64,000 nt of DNA from an uncultured Desulfospira sp. (GTDB lineage Bacteria; Desulfobacterota; Desulfobacteria; Desulfobacterales; Desulfobacteraceae), in assembly GCA_963663165.1 (NCBI GenBank), contig OY760175.1, positions 4,960,001 to 5,024,000 of the forward strand, written 5' to 3'. Below are positions 29,267 through 38,956 of the stretch, in pieces (positions within the stretch are counted from its first letter, which is position 1; each line of letters starts with the position of its first letter). The notes below the pieces were generated by a model that worked only from the letters and a program-made list of their open reading frames with translations, was not told the DNA's origin and ran no database searches. The position numbers and the translations under genes are program-made.

Positions 29267-30613
29267 ATGTCCCCGGATCTGTCCTACCATACAAAAAGCC
29301 TTTGCCCCCAGTGCCTTAAACTGCTTGAGGCCCGGCACGTGGCCCATGGCAGCACCGTATACATGGAAAAAACCTGCCCGGACCATGGCCTGTTCCGGGC
29401 AAAGATCTGGGAAGGCCTTGACCTTTACCATAAGTGGCACCGTCCCAAGATCCCCATTGAAAAACGGTTTTCCATGACGCCGGTCCAACAGGGCTGCCCC
29501 TTTGACTGCGGCCTTTGCCCGGACCACCGCCAGCACACCTGCACGGCGGTTCTGGACATTACGGCCCAATGCAACCTTGCCTGCCCGTTTTGCTTTGCCG
29601 ATGCCGGTAAACAACACGCCGGCCCGGACCAGGGCCTGGGAGAGATACAAAAATTATTGGAACAGGTCATGGCCGTAAGTCCCACCTGCAACCTTCAGCT
29701 GTCCGGGGGGGAGCCGTCCCTGCGCGGGGATCTGCCCGATATTGTGGCGGCGGCGGTCTCCTTGGGCTTTGCCTTTGTCCAGCTCAACACCAACGGGATT
29801 GCGGCAGGGCTTAACCCTGAGCTTGCCCTGTCCATGGCCAGGGCCGGCCTTTCCTCGGTATTCCTTCAGTTTGACGGGGTTTCAGACCCGGTCTATGAAC
29901 GGCTTCGGGGGCGGCCGCTGTTTAAGATCAAGCAGGCCGCTATCCGCCATTTCGGGGAAAACGGCATTGGCGTGGTCCTGGTGCCCACCCTGGTGCCCGG
30001 GGTCAATGACCATGAAATCGGCAAAATTCTTGAATTTGCCCTGGACCATGCCCCGGCTGTCCGGGGGGTGCATTTCCAGCCGGTCAGTTTTTTTGGCCGC
30101 CATGGAAGCGCCCCTGAAGACCGGGACCGGATCACCATCCCTGAAATTCTAGAATCCATCCAGGCCCAGACCAGGGCAAGGTTTAAGGCAGGGGATTTTA
30201 CACCGCCCTCCTGCGAACATAGCTTGTGTGCATTCTCGGGCAAGTTTTTGCGTGGCCATGACGGCAGTGTCCGGCCCCTGACTCTTTTTGATGCGGCCTG
30301 CTGCACCCCGGTGCGGGCTGAGCAGGGGGCTCAAAAGGCCAAGGCAACCGTGGTGCGCCACTGGCAGGTCCCGGCCAGGGAATGCGCCTGTGCCTCGGGC
30401 CGGGAAGACGGACTGGACCGGTTTATCCGAAAGGCAGAGCAGGGCATGTTCACCGTATCGGGCATGGCGTTTCAGGATGTGTGGAACCTGGACATTGAAC
30501 GGCTCAAGGGGTGCTGTATCCATGCCGTGTCCCCTGACGGGCGGCTGATTCCCTTTTGTGCCTATAACCTGACATCGGCAGGCGGCAAAGGACTTTACAG
30601 ACACCATGGCTGA
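29267..30613 (+). CDS. trsS: Radical SAM protein, TrsS family
   Basis: TKSLCPQC, CPFDCGLC, CNLACPFC, LSGGEP, GCCIH..IPFCAYN. Confidence 0.85.
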   Translation: MSPDLSYHTKSLCPQCLKLLEARHVAHGSTVYMEKTCPDHGLFRAKIWEGLDLYHKWHRPKIPIEKRFSMTPVQQGCPFDCGLCPDHRQHTCTAVLDITAQCNLACPFCFADAGKQHAGPDQGLGEIQKLLEQVMAVSPTCNLQLSGGEPSLRGDLPDIVAAAVSLGFAFVQLNTNGIAAGLNPELALSMARAGLSSVFLQFDGVSDPVYERLRGRPLFKIKQAAIRHFGENGIGVVLVPTLVPGVNDHEIGKILEFALDHAPAVRGVHFQPVSFFGRHGSAPEDRDRITIPEILESIQAQTRARFKAGDFTPPSCEHSLCAFSGKFLRGHDGSVRPLTLFDAACCTPVRAEQGAQKAKATVVRHWQVPARECACASGREDGLDRFIRKAEQGMFTVSGMAFQDVWNLDIERLKGCCIHAVSPDGRLIPFCAYNLTSAGGKGLYRHHG

Positions 30614-31973
30614 CGGCCTTTCCTTCATAGACCCGTGGGTGTGCCAATGCATGGGCAGTAACACGGACCCTTTAAATCCGGACCAACTGGAAGCATACCA
30701 GGCGGCAGCGGTTAAGCGGACCCTTGACCTGGCCCGGGAAAAGAGCCGGTTTTACCGGGAACATCTGCCCCAGGGGGCAGTGGCTGATTTCCGGACCCTG
30801 GCGGATCTAAAAAACCTGCCGTTTACGACACCGTCAGATCTGGCAGGGCAGGCCCCGCAGTTTGCCTGCGTTTCCCAGGCTGAGGTGGACCGGTTTTTCA
30901 CTCTGGAAACCTCGGGAACCACCGGCGTTTCCAAACGACTCTGTTTTACCCGAGAAGAACTTTTAATGACCCGGGACTATTTTGGGGCCATTCTCTCACA
31001 GGTTCTGTCACCCGGCGCGGCCTGCCTGATCTTTTTTCCCTGCAGGGCCCCCTTGTCGGCCGGGGATCTGATCCGTAGTGCCGCAGAGGATGCCGGCGGG
31101 ATGGCCGTGGTTCACGGACCGGTTTTGGATTTGCACCTGGCGGCCGCTGCCGTACGGGCCACTGATCCCGGTGTGATCATCGGGCTGCCCGGGCAGATGC
31201 TGGCTTTGGGTGAATTTATGGCTTTAACGGAACAATGCGTGCCCCGGGTGCCTTATTTTATTTTAACCGGTGACCATGTCAGCCCTGTGGTGGCCCGGCG
31301 GATTCAAACCCTGTTCAACAGCCGGGCAATGTCCCAGTACGGGCTGACCGAGACCGGGTTTGGTGCGGCCGTACAATGCCCCTTTGGCCAGGGCCTTCAT
31401 ATCCGGTTTCCCCATCTGGTGGTTGAGATTGTTGATCCGATAACCGGCCAGCCCCTTGGGGCCGGAGAACCCGGGGAGGTGGTGGTGACCACCCTGGGAC
31501 GTAGGGCCATGCCCCTGATCCGGTACCGGTCCGGGGATTTGTCCCGGTGGCTTGATCCGCCTTGCGCCTGCGGCAGCCCGTTTCCCCGGCTTGACCGGGT
31601 AAAAAGCCGGTTTGCTGAAGGCATCCGCCTTGACGCCAATGCGGTCCTCTCCATGGCAGACCTGGATGATGCCCTGTTTGCCCTGCCCGGTGTGGTGGAT
31701 TTTACTGCCTCCAGGAAGGGGCATGATCCCCAGGTGCTTGATCTGGAGGTGACGGCGCTGGATCAGACCCTGTCCTTCCATGCGGTAAAAGAGGCGGTAG
31801 AACAGATTGCCGGGGTAAAGGCCGCTGTGGATTCAGGCCGGATCTGTTGGGGGCACATTGAAATCCATGGCTTTGACCGATTCAGTTTAAGCCGGGGCAA
31901 GCGAATGATGATAACCAAGAACCCGTGTTTGGGCGAAAAGTTACCCAGATGCAAGGCGCAGAAAAATTTGTAA
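30606..31973 (+). CDS. PaaK-like AMP-dependent CoA ligase (DVU_1553 family)
   Basis: TSGTTGVSKR, YGLTETG, MPLIRYRSGD. Confidence 0.88.
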   Translation: MADGLSFIDPWVCQCMGSNTDPLNPDQLEAYQAAAVKRTLDLAREKSRFYREHLPQGAVADFRTLADLKNLPFTTPSDLAGQAPQFACVSQAEVDRFFTLETSGTTGVSKRLCFTREELLMTRDYFGAILSQVLSPGAACLIFFPCRAPLSAGDLIRSAAEDAGGMAVVHGPVLDLHLAAAAVRATDPGVIIGLPGQMLALGEFMALTEQCVPRVPYFILTGDHVSPVVARRIQTLFNSRAMSQYGLTETGFGAAVQCPFGQGLHIRFPHLVVEIVDPITGQPLGAGEPGEVVVTTLGRRAMPLIRYRSGDLSRWLDPPCACGSPFPRLDRVKSRFAEGIRLDANAVLSMADLDDALFALPGVVDFTASRKGHDPQVLDLEVTALDQTLSFHAVKEAVEQIAGVKAAVDSGRICWGHIEIHGFDRFSLSRGKRMMITKNPCLGEKLPRCKAQKNL

Positions 31974-32049
31974 CCGGGGCAACCTTTCGGTTGTGAGGCT
32001 TGCAAATTTTTCTGCAACACAGCAGATGGGTGCCTTTTCGTTCAAACAC
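31925..32049 (-). repeat. 125-bp palindromic MITE-like element, copy 2 (inverted)
   Basis: Reverse-complement homologue of 25414-25538. Confidence 0.85.
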
Positions 32050-32071
32050 TAAATATAAAAAGAGGTGATGC

Positions 32072-33112
32072 ATGAAATATTATGAAAAGAACAAGGCCGC
32101 ATCCGTACCGGTTCAGGAAGCCGTGGGAAAAGTCCTGCTTCACGATATCACGCGAATTGTACCGGATCTGTTTAAGGGCCCCGAGTTTAAAAAAGGGCAT
32201 GTCATCACCCCGGCAGATGTCAAGATTTTGCTGGATATGGGCAAGGAACATATCTATGTTACAGGACTTGAAAACGAAGTCCATGAGGATGAGGCCGCCC
32301 TTTGCATTGCCCGGGCCGCTGTGGGACCCCATATCCGGCTCAGTGAGCCCCGGGAGGGCAAGGTGGGGCTCACGTCTCAGATTCTTGGTCTGCTCAGGGT
32401 TAATGTGGAGGCCCTGTTTGAGCTGAACCGGATCCAGGATGTGATCTTTGCCACCCTGCACAACCGGCGGACCGTACAGCCGGGAGAGGAACTGGCCGGC
32501 ACCCGGGTGGTGCCCCTGACCGTGCCCAAAGACCATCTTGAAACCGCCGAAGCGGTGTGCCGCAAATATTATCCCATTATTGAGGTGGCCCCCTTTAGAA
32601 CCTGTGATGTGGGGGTGGTGGTCACCGGGTCCGAGGTGTTTCACCAGCGCATACGGGACGGGTTCGGCCCGGTGGTGACGGAAAAATTTAAGGGCCTGGG
32701 ATCCCGGATTCTGGGAAAAAAGGTGGTGTCCGATGATATGGAGATGACCGTTACCGCCATCCGGGACCTGCTGGACAAAGGGGCTGATTTTATAGCCGTG
32801 ACCGGCGGAATGTCCGTGGATCCGGACGACCTGACACCGGCGGCCATCCGGGCCGCCGGCGGCCGTGTGGTCACCTACGGCGCCCCGGTGCTGCCCGGTG
32901 CCATGTTTATGCTGGCCTATATCGGTGATGTCCCGGTGGTGGGGCTGCCCGGCTGTGTCATGTATTGCCGGGCCTCTATCTTTGATCTGGTGGTGCCCCC
33001 GATTCTGGCCGGTGAAACCATAGACCGGGATGATATTGTCCGAATGGGCCACGGCGGCTTCTGCGCCAATTGCCGGGAATGCCGGTTCCCGGCCTGCAGT
33101 TTCGGCAAGTAG
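32072..33112 (+). CDS. MoeA-like molybdopterin-binding protein
   Basis: LHDITRIV, VTGSEV, TGGMSVDPDDLTP, GLPGC, C-terminal CxxCxxCxxPxC. Confidence 0.9.
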   Translation: MKYYEKNKAASVPVQEAVGKVLLHDITRIVPDLFKGPEFKKGHVITPADVKILLDMGKEHIYVTGLENEVHEDEAALCIARAAVGPHIRLSEPREGKVGLTSQILGLLRVNVEALFELNRIQDVIFATLHNRRTVQPGEELAGTRVVPLTVPKDHLETAEAVCRKYYPIIEVAPFRTCDVGVVVTGSEVFHQRIRDGFGPVVTEKFKGLGSRILGKKVVSDDMEMTVTAIRDLLDKGADFIAVTGGMSVDPDDLTPAAIRAAGGRVVTYGAPVLPGAMFMLAYIGDVPVVGLPGCVMYCRASIFDLVVPPILAGETIDRDDIVRMGHGGFCANCRECRFPACSFGK

Positions 33113-33121
33113 GGAGAAATC

Positions 33122-34186
33122 ATGGGAAATTTATTATATAAGGAAGTAAAAACCGCATTGTCAAAAGACCGGCCCTTTGCCCTGGCCATGATTGTCAGCC
33201 ACAAGGGGTCCACCCCGAGGACATCGGGCTCCTGGATGCTGGTATGGCCGGATAAAACCATTGCCGGCACCATTGGTGGCGGGCTGGTGGAAGCCCGGGT
33301 CATGGATGCCTGTGTGGGCATGATGGATAAAGGGCGGTCCGTGATGGAGGACTTTCACCTGGACCAGGAGGCCAAAGCCGGCATGGACATGATCTGCGGC
33401 GGCAGCATGAGCGTTTGGCTGCGCAGTTTTGTGCCGCCGTTTTCAAAAGACCTTTTGGACGGATTTGAAACCATTGCAGGAATAGAGGACAAAGGAGACA
33501 GCGCCCTGGTCATCACCCGGATATCCGGCGGCACAGCCCAGGTGCCGGTGGTGCTTGAAAACGGCAGCACCGATGCCAATGCCCATCTTTTGCCCAAAGA
33601 CCTGCTGGACGATGCCGCAGACCAGGTCTTTTCCGGGCCTGGCATTTGGCGCATGGTGTACGGGCTGGACCAGTATATGGTTCAGAGGTTGATGCCCAAA
33701 GAAACCCTTTATATCTGTGGGGCCGGCCATGTGGGATTTCAGCTGGGCCGGGTGGCCCATATCACTGATTTTTCCACGGTGGTGGTCGATGACCGGCCCG
33801 AGTTTGCAGACCCCTCGCGGTTTCCCCATGCCCGCAAGGTCAAGGTGGTGCCGGAATTCATTTCTGTCTTTAATGGATTTCATGTGGATGAGAACAGCTA
33901 TATTGTTATCCTTACCCGGGGGCATCTCCATGACCAGATTGTTCTGGAACAGGCCCTTGCCACCCGGGCCGCCTATATCGGGATGATCGGATCACGCAAA
34001 AAAAGGGAACAGATCTACGGCAATCTCATGGAAAAGGGGATATCCAAACAGGCGCTGGATTCGGTTTACTCCCCCATCGGCACGGACATTAAAGCACAAA
34101 CCCCGGCTGAAATAGCCATCAGCATCATGGGGGAACTGATCTGTGTCAGAGCAGAGAACAGACAAGGCAAAGGGGAGAGCCGGTGA
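33122..34186 (+). CDS. XdhC-family molybdoenzyme maturation factor
   Basis: GSTPR, GTIGGG, MICGG, GAGHVG, YIGMIGSRKK, TPAEIAISI. Confidence 0.93.
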   Translation: MGNLLYKEVKTALSKDRPFALAMIVSHKGSTPRTSGSWMLVWPDKTIAGTIGGGLVEARVMDACVGMMDKGRSVMEDFHLDQEAKAGMDMICGGSMSVWLRSFVPPFSKDLLDGFETIAGIEDKGDSALVITRISGGTAQVPVVLENGSTDANAHLLPKDLLDDAADQVFSGPGIWRMVYGLDQYMVQRLMPKETLYICGAGHVGFQLGRVAHITDFSTVVVDDRPEFADPSRFPHARKVKVVPEFISVFNGFHVDENSYIVILTRGHLHDQIVLEQALATRAAYIGMIGSRKKREQIYGNLMEKGISKQALDSVYSPIGTDIKAQTPAEIAISIMGELICVRAENRQGKGESR

Positions 34187-35298
34187 CAGGCAAAGAAGGG
34201 ACCGGCATATCGGCCCTTATTCTGGCCGCCGGATTTTCCTCGCGCATGGCACCGGCGTTTAAACCCCTGCTGCCCCTGAATGGACGCCCCATGGTCTGTG
34301 CCGTGACCGACCTTTTTTACGGGGCCGGTATCCGTGATATCGTGGTGGTAACCGGCCATAACCATGGGCCGGTGGAATCAGCGGTGAAAAACAGTCCGGC
34401 CCGGGTGGTATTGAACCCGGATTATAGCTTGGGCATGTTTTCCTCCATCCGCACCGGGGTTAAGGCCATAGACCGGGAATCCCCGGGTTTTTTCCTGCTG
34501 CCCGTGGATATCCCGGCCCTGCGGTCGTCAACCCTGGCGCAGATAAAACAGGCCTTCCTGAAAAACCCTGAACAGCCGGTAATCCCCTGTTTCAACGGTA
34601 AAACCGGGCACCCCCCTTTGATCCCGGCTTCAGCCATAGCTTCCATTGAGCAGGCAGGGCCGGACAAAAGCCTTCGGGATATTCTCTTTGCCAAGGATTT
34701 TACCCGTCTTGCCCTTCATGACCGGGGCATTCTCATGGATGTGGACACCCCCACGGGGTACGAGGCGGTGAAAGCAAAATTTGAGAGAAAACAGATCCCG
34801 GACCGGGAGGAGTGCCTGTCCATGATTGAGGCTGAACTAAGGGGGGAGGAGGGCATCAAGGCCCATCTGCTTTTGGTGGAAAAGACAGCCATGGCCCTTT
34901 GCAACGCCCTGGTTCCGGCCCTGCCCGGCCTGAATCCGGATTTGGTCCGGGCCGGGGCCCTGCTCCACGATATCAAACGCAAATCCCCCCGTCATGACCG
35001 GGCCGGCGAGGAATTTCTGCTCGGGTTGGGATTTATTGAACCGGCCGCCATTGTCGGCGAACACATGACCCTTGAAAATCCAGGGGAAGATTTAGGGGAA
35101 AAGGAAATTGTCTATTTTGCGGACAAAGTGTGCGCCGGGACCTGCCTGGACCTGGATTATGAAGCAAGGTTCCAGAAAAAGGCCCGGGATTACCCCCAGG
35201 CCAAGGAAAGGATAACACAGCGACTTGAAACTGCTCGGTACATACATGCCCGGATCAGCGCCGTTACCGGCCGATCTGTCAAGGAAATTCTCAGCTGA
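34183..35298 (+). CDS. MocA-like nucleotidyltransferase fused to an HD domain (DVU_1551 family)
   Basis: LILAAGFSSRM, LPVDIP, GHPP, DVDTP; LLHDIK, VYFADK. Confidence 0.9.
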   Translation: MTGKEGTGISALILAAGFSSRMAPAFKPLLPLNGRPMVCAVTDLFYGAGIRDIVVVTGHNHGPVESAVKNSPARVVLNPDYSLGMFSSIRTGVKAIDRESPGFFLLPVDIPALRSSTLAQIKQAFLKNPEQPVIPCFNGKTGHPPLIPASAIASIEQAGPDKSLRDILFAKDFTRLALHDRGILMDVDTPTGYEAVKAKFERKQIPDREECLSMIEAELRGEEGIKAHLLLVEKTAMALCNALVPALPGLNPDLVRAGALLHDIKRKSPRHDRAGEEFLLGLGFIEPAAIVGEHMTLENPGEDLGEKEIVYFADKVCAGTCLDLDYEARFQKKARDYPQAKERITQRLETARYIHARISAVTGRSVKEILS

Positions 35299-35875
35299 AA
35301 CGCCCCTTGTCTGCCTGATGCGCCACGGCCGGATCCTGGATTCAGGCGATAAGCGGTTTGTCGGCCAAACCGATCTGCCCCTCAATACCGAGGGCAGGCG
35401 CCAGGCAGCGGCCTGGCAGGATATGTTCCATCAGATTCAGTTTGAGAAAATTTATGTGTCAGGGCTCCTGCGGACCCGGCAGACCGCCGAACTGTGCTGC
35501 CCGGGAAAACCTGTGACACCGGATCCGCGCCTCAATGAAATAGACCTGGGGGACTGGGAGAACTTAAGCTTTGACCAGGTAAAAGCCCAATTTCCAGATG
35601 ATTTTGAACAGCGGGGCCGGGATATTTACCATTTTCGCACACCCGGCGGTGAAAGTTTCAGGGACCTCAAAGAACGGGTGGCCCCGTTCTTTGAATCCCT
35701 GTTTTCCACAGCCGGCCCCGGGTCCGGCCCCACCCTGGTGGTCGCCCACAGCGGGGTGATCCGTGTGATGGCCTGTTTGTGGGGAAAAAAATCCTTTGAC
35801 CGCCTGCTGGACCTGTCCCCCCAATACGGACAGGTCTTTGTATTTACGTCTTGCAGCCCTCGCGGGGTTTGTTAA
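35246..35875 (+). CDS. Histidine phosphatase family protein
   Basis: RHG motif, LNEIDLGDWE, PGGES, VAHSG; start uncertain. Confidence 0.85.
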   Translation: MPGSAPLPADLSRKFSAETPLVCLMRHGRILDSGDKRFVGQTDLPLNTEGRRQAAAWQDMFHQIQFEKIYVSGLLRTRQTAELCCPGKPVTPDPRLNEIDLGDWENLSFDQVKAQFPDDFEQRGRDIYHFRTPGGESFRDLKERVAPFFESLFSTAGPGSGPTLVVAHSGVIRVMACLWGKKSFDRLLDLSPQYGQVFVFTSCSPRGVC

Positions 35876-35953
35876 AGGCCGTGAACCTGGGTTGTTCGCG
35901 GCCGGCTGACGGTCCGGGCAGTTCTCTTTTAATGCATGGGGGCCAGGCTAATT

Positions 35954-36442
35954 TTATTCATTAATCCGTTTGCCAATAATGGACAAACTGTATTCTTTCC
36001 CATCCATTTCAGCCACATTTGGAAGTTTTCCCCATTCTTCAAACCCAAAGGACTTGAAAAGCTTAAGGCTTGGAATATTGTGTGAAAAGATAAAACAAAC
36101 CACATTTTTTATCAAAAGCTTTTCCGTTTTTTCTAAAGATTGCGCTAACAGTAACCGGCCCAGGCCTTTTTTTCTGTATTCCGGAGAAATATAAATACTG
36201 ATTTCAGCCGTATGCTTATAGGCCGGCCGGCCATAGAATGATTGAAAGCTTACCCAGCCAACGACTTTGCCGTTTTCTTCATGAACCAATAGAGGCCTTT
36301 TTTGAGGGGTATGTTGTTTAAACCATTCTAATCTTGATTCGACAGATACTTCTGCGGTGTCTGCGGTTGATTGCCTTGTCGATATAGTCGTGTTGTATAT
36401 GGCGACGATATCTTTCAAATCTTTCTCTGAAGCATTTCTCAT
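35954..36442 (-). CDS. GNAT N-acetyltransferase (phosphinothricin acetyltransferase-like)
   Basis: IVAIYN, FYGRPAY, EISIYI..RKKGLG, NIPSLKLFKSFGF. Confidence 0.9.
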   Translation of the reverse strand: MRNASEKDLKDIVAIYNTTISTRQSTADTAEVSVESRLEWFKQHTPQKRPLLVHEENGKVVGWVSFQSFYGRPAYKHTAEISIYISPEYRKKGLGRLLLAQSLEKTEKLLIKNVVCFIFSHNIPSLKLFKSFGFEEWGKLPNVAEMDGKEYSLSIIGKRINE

Positions 36443-36626
36443 GTTATCTTTTTAATCGTTCTGTTTTTATTTTGTAACTATTCAGCGAATGCTGAAAAAG
36501 GATCAAAAACCAGGGCCCGTAACTGTTCATCAGTGCTTCATTTTTTAGTGTCTGGCTGGACAACCAAAGACGGTTCGGTTTCTGCCTTTAACAAATCAAT
36601 TTTACAGGAGGTTAACCGGTTCCGGG

Positions 36627-37319
36627 TTATGGCCGGTAAACGGTCGGATCAGGTATGCCCGCTTCATTAAATCCTTTTTTCCGGTGCAGGCAGGCGTCGC
36701 ACCGCCCGCAGGACCGGCCTTTCGAATCCGGATCATAACAGGAAATGGTCAAACCGTAGTCCACGCCTAAGGCATGGCCGGTCCTGATGATTTCGGATTT
36801 GGACATGCGGATTAAGGGGGTGTTGATTTTCAGGAAAACTTCGCCGGTGACCCCGGTTTTGGTGGCCAGGTTGGCCATGGTTTCAAAGGCCTTGATAAAT
36901 TCAGGGCGGCAGTCCGGATACCCGGAATAATCAACCGCCGTGACCCCGATAAAAATGGAGCACGCCTTGAGAACCTCTGCCCAGGCCATGGCATAGGAAA
37001 GAAAAATGGTGTTCCGGGCCGGGACATAGGTGACGGGGATTTCATCTGCCGTAAGCTGGTCCACCCGGTCGTGTTTGGGCACTGAAATATCATCGGTAAG
37101 GGCGGATGCCCCGAACTGCCGCAGGTCAATGTCAATAATTTTATGGTCTCTGGCGCCCAGGAACCGGGCCACTTTTCTGGCGGATTCAAGCTCCACCTGA
37201 TGGCGCTGCCCGTACCGAAAGCTTAAACTGTAAATCTCATTTCCCTCATCCTTTGCCAGGGCCATGGCCGTGGTGGAGTCAATCCCGCCACTGGAAAGAA
37301 CGACAGCTTTATTTTTCAT
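36627..37319 (-). CDS. queC: 7-cyano-7-deazaguanine synthase
   Basis: SGGIDS, YVPARN, YPDCR, CGRCDAC. Confidence 0.97.
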   Translation of the reverse strand: MKNKAVVLSSGGIDSTTAMALAKDEGNEIYSLSFRYGQRHQVELESARKVARFLGARDHKIIDIDLRQFGASALTDDISVPKHDRVDQLTADEIPVTYVPARNTIFLSYAMAWAEVLKACSIFIGVTAVDYSGYPDCRPEFIKAFETMANLATKTGVTGEVFLKINTPLIRMSKSEIIRTGHALGVDYGLTISCYDPDSKGRSCGRCDACLHRKKGFNEAGIPDPTVYRP

Positions 37320-37377
37320 GGTTATAATATTCCTTATAAAAGCTATTAGCTGTTAGCCATTAGCTAACTGCTTTTCG

Positions 37378-38028
37378 TTATACCCCGCGTTGGTTTGGGT
37401 CCCATATAACCTTATGCTGCTGAATGGAAAGCCGGGCATTTAAACGGTCCTCCAGAATCCAGGCCGCAAGGTCCTGAAAAGCCACCCTGTCCCATACCGG
37501 TGACAGATGGATTTTATCTGCCGGCCTGTTTTGCAGGCGGGCCTGGATCATCTGTCTGGCAAACTCGTAATCTTCCCTGGAACCGATAACAAATTTTATT
37601 TCATCGTGGCGGGTCAGACGGGTCAGATTTTCGGTCAGAAAAGAGCCCTGTTCCCCCGAAGACGGGCACTTGACATCCAGAATGCGGATACACCGATGAT
37701 CAACGTCTTGAATGTCCCGGCTGCCGTTGGTTTCCAGCAGAACCTGATAGCCTTCTTCCAACAGGGTTTCAATCAGTTCCGGGGTCTGGGCCTGGATCAG
37801 GGGCTCGCCCCCGGTAATTTCTACCAGCGGACAGCCAAACGTGCGGACCTTTTCCCGGATGGTTTCAAGGGACATGGGCTTTGATTCTGACTCGTTTTTG
37901 GAATAGCGGGTGTCGCACCAGGCACAGTCCAGGTTGCAGCCGGACAGCCGGACAAATACGCAGGGCAGACCGGCAAAGGTGGATTCCCCCTGGAGGCTGT
38001 AAAAAATTTCACAGATGTTCAGGGCCAA
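37378..38028 (-). CDS. queE: 7-carboxy-7-deazaguanine synthase
   Basis: EIFYSLQGE, GCNLDCAWCDT, ITGGEP, QQHK. Confidence 0.95.
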   Translation of the reverse strand: MALNICEIFYSLQGESTFAGLPCVFVRLSGCNLDCAWCDTRYSKNESESKPMSLETIREKVRTFGCPLVEITGGEPLIQAQTPELIETLLEEGYQVLLETNGSRDIQDVDHRCIRILDVKCPSSGEQGSFLTENLTRLTRHDEIKFVIGSREDYEFARQMIQARLQNRPADKIHLSPVWDRVAFQDLAAWILEDRLNARLSIQQHKVIWDPNQRGV

Positions 38029-38409
38029 TCAAATCTCCCGAAAGGTTGAGCCGCATCCCGGGCTTTCAATCACCGTGACTTGTATGATTTTAATATGCTC
38101 AGTGTTTAAGCGCCTGGAAAGTTCACTGTACAGGAATTTTGACAGGTTCTCGGAGGTGGGGTTGACATTGGAGAATTCCACCACTTCATTAAGATTCGTG
38201 TGGTCCAGCTTGCTTAATACATCTTTGAGCACCCGTTTGACATCCCTGAAATCAATGCCGATGCCCAGTTTGTTAAGACGGGTACACTGGAGCTTGGCCT
38301 CCACGGTCCAGTTATGGCCGTGGAGGTTGGAGCAGTTCCCGTCATATCCCTTTAATGCGTGGGCTGCCGCAAAATGGTCGGTTACAAAAACTTCATAGAC
38401 GCCTGGCAT
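38029..38409 (-). CDS. queD: 6-carboxytetrahydropterin synthase
   Basis: FAAAH, CSNLHGHNW, LDHTNLN, PTSEN; start at MPGVYEV. Confidence 0.95.
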   Translation of the reverse strand: MPGVYEVFVTDHFAAAHALKGYDGNCSNLHGHNWTVEAKLQCTRLNKLGIGIDFRDVKRVLKDVLSKLDHTNLNEVVEFSNVNPTSENLSKFLYSELSRRLNTEHIKIIQVTVIESPGCGSTFREI

Positions 38410-38588
38410 GGTCGATCCCCTTGATTTAGATTTTTTTGGGCCGGATATCACAAATGTATCATAAATTTGGTTTAGAATCCAAAAAGTCAAGGGACGGGCA
38501 GCTCAGAAACGTATTTATAATCCGACATTATATTTGGATGTTGCTGGTAAATTTTATAATGTAGAATCCTTACCGTCTTGCCCCTGCA

Positions 38589-38904
38589 CCTCGCTATCGC
38601 TATCGATCGGGTCATGAGGTCGATTTTGATTTCGAGTTGCACGTCCGGACTGGAGGAATGTTTTAGACCAAGAGCTTTTTGTGGACCAGGTAGACATGGT
38701 GGACAAAGTGGACCCGCTAAAGGATTGAATGCACAATGTCCACACTGTTCACCAAGTCCACACTGTCCACAATTTGAATTGTTCCTGTGAAAACCATTTT
38801 CTTTCCGGTCCCGATAGCCCCGGTAGGGTGGACATAAGCGCAGCGTTGCCCACCATTGCCGGCTGGACCCATATTCAATTCCGATCCCGATAGCGATAGT
38901 GAGC
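38589..38904. repeat. Mosaic of short repeats including a GTAG-type REP
   Basis: TCGCTA/TAGCGA hexamers; 9-bp-spaced GTGGAC vs GTCCAC tracts (38682-38770); GTAGGGTGGACATAAGCGCAGCGTTGCCCACC (38823-38854). Confidence 0.75.
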
Positions 38905-38956
38905 GGTACCCCTGTTTGAACCGGCATTCGAAAAATTCAACTATTTTGAAGCTCCA

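Noticed and set aside
30500..30530. Selenocysteine in TrsS
   Set aside because: The motif reads GGG TGC TGT ATC CAT (GCCIH) with no in-frame TGA.
35880..35960. Integron cassette/attC after the GNAT gene
   Set aside because: No convincing RYYYAAC..GTTRRRY palindrome and no integron integrase.
38410..38540. preQ1 riboswitch upstream of queD
   Set aside because: No recognisable preQ1 aptamer stem-loop and A-rich tail.
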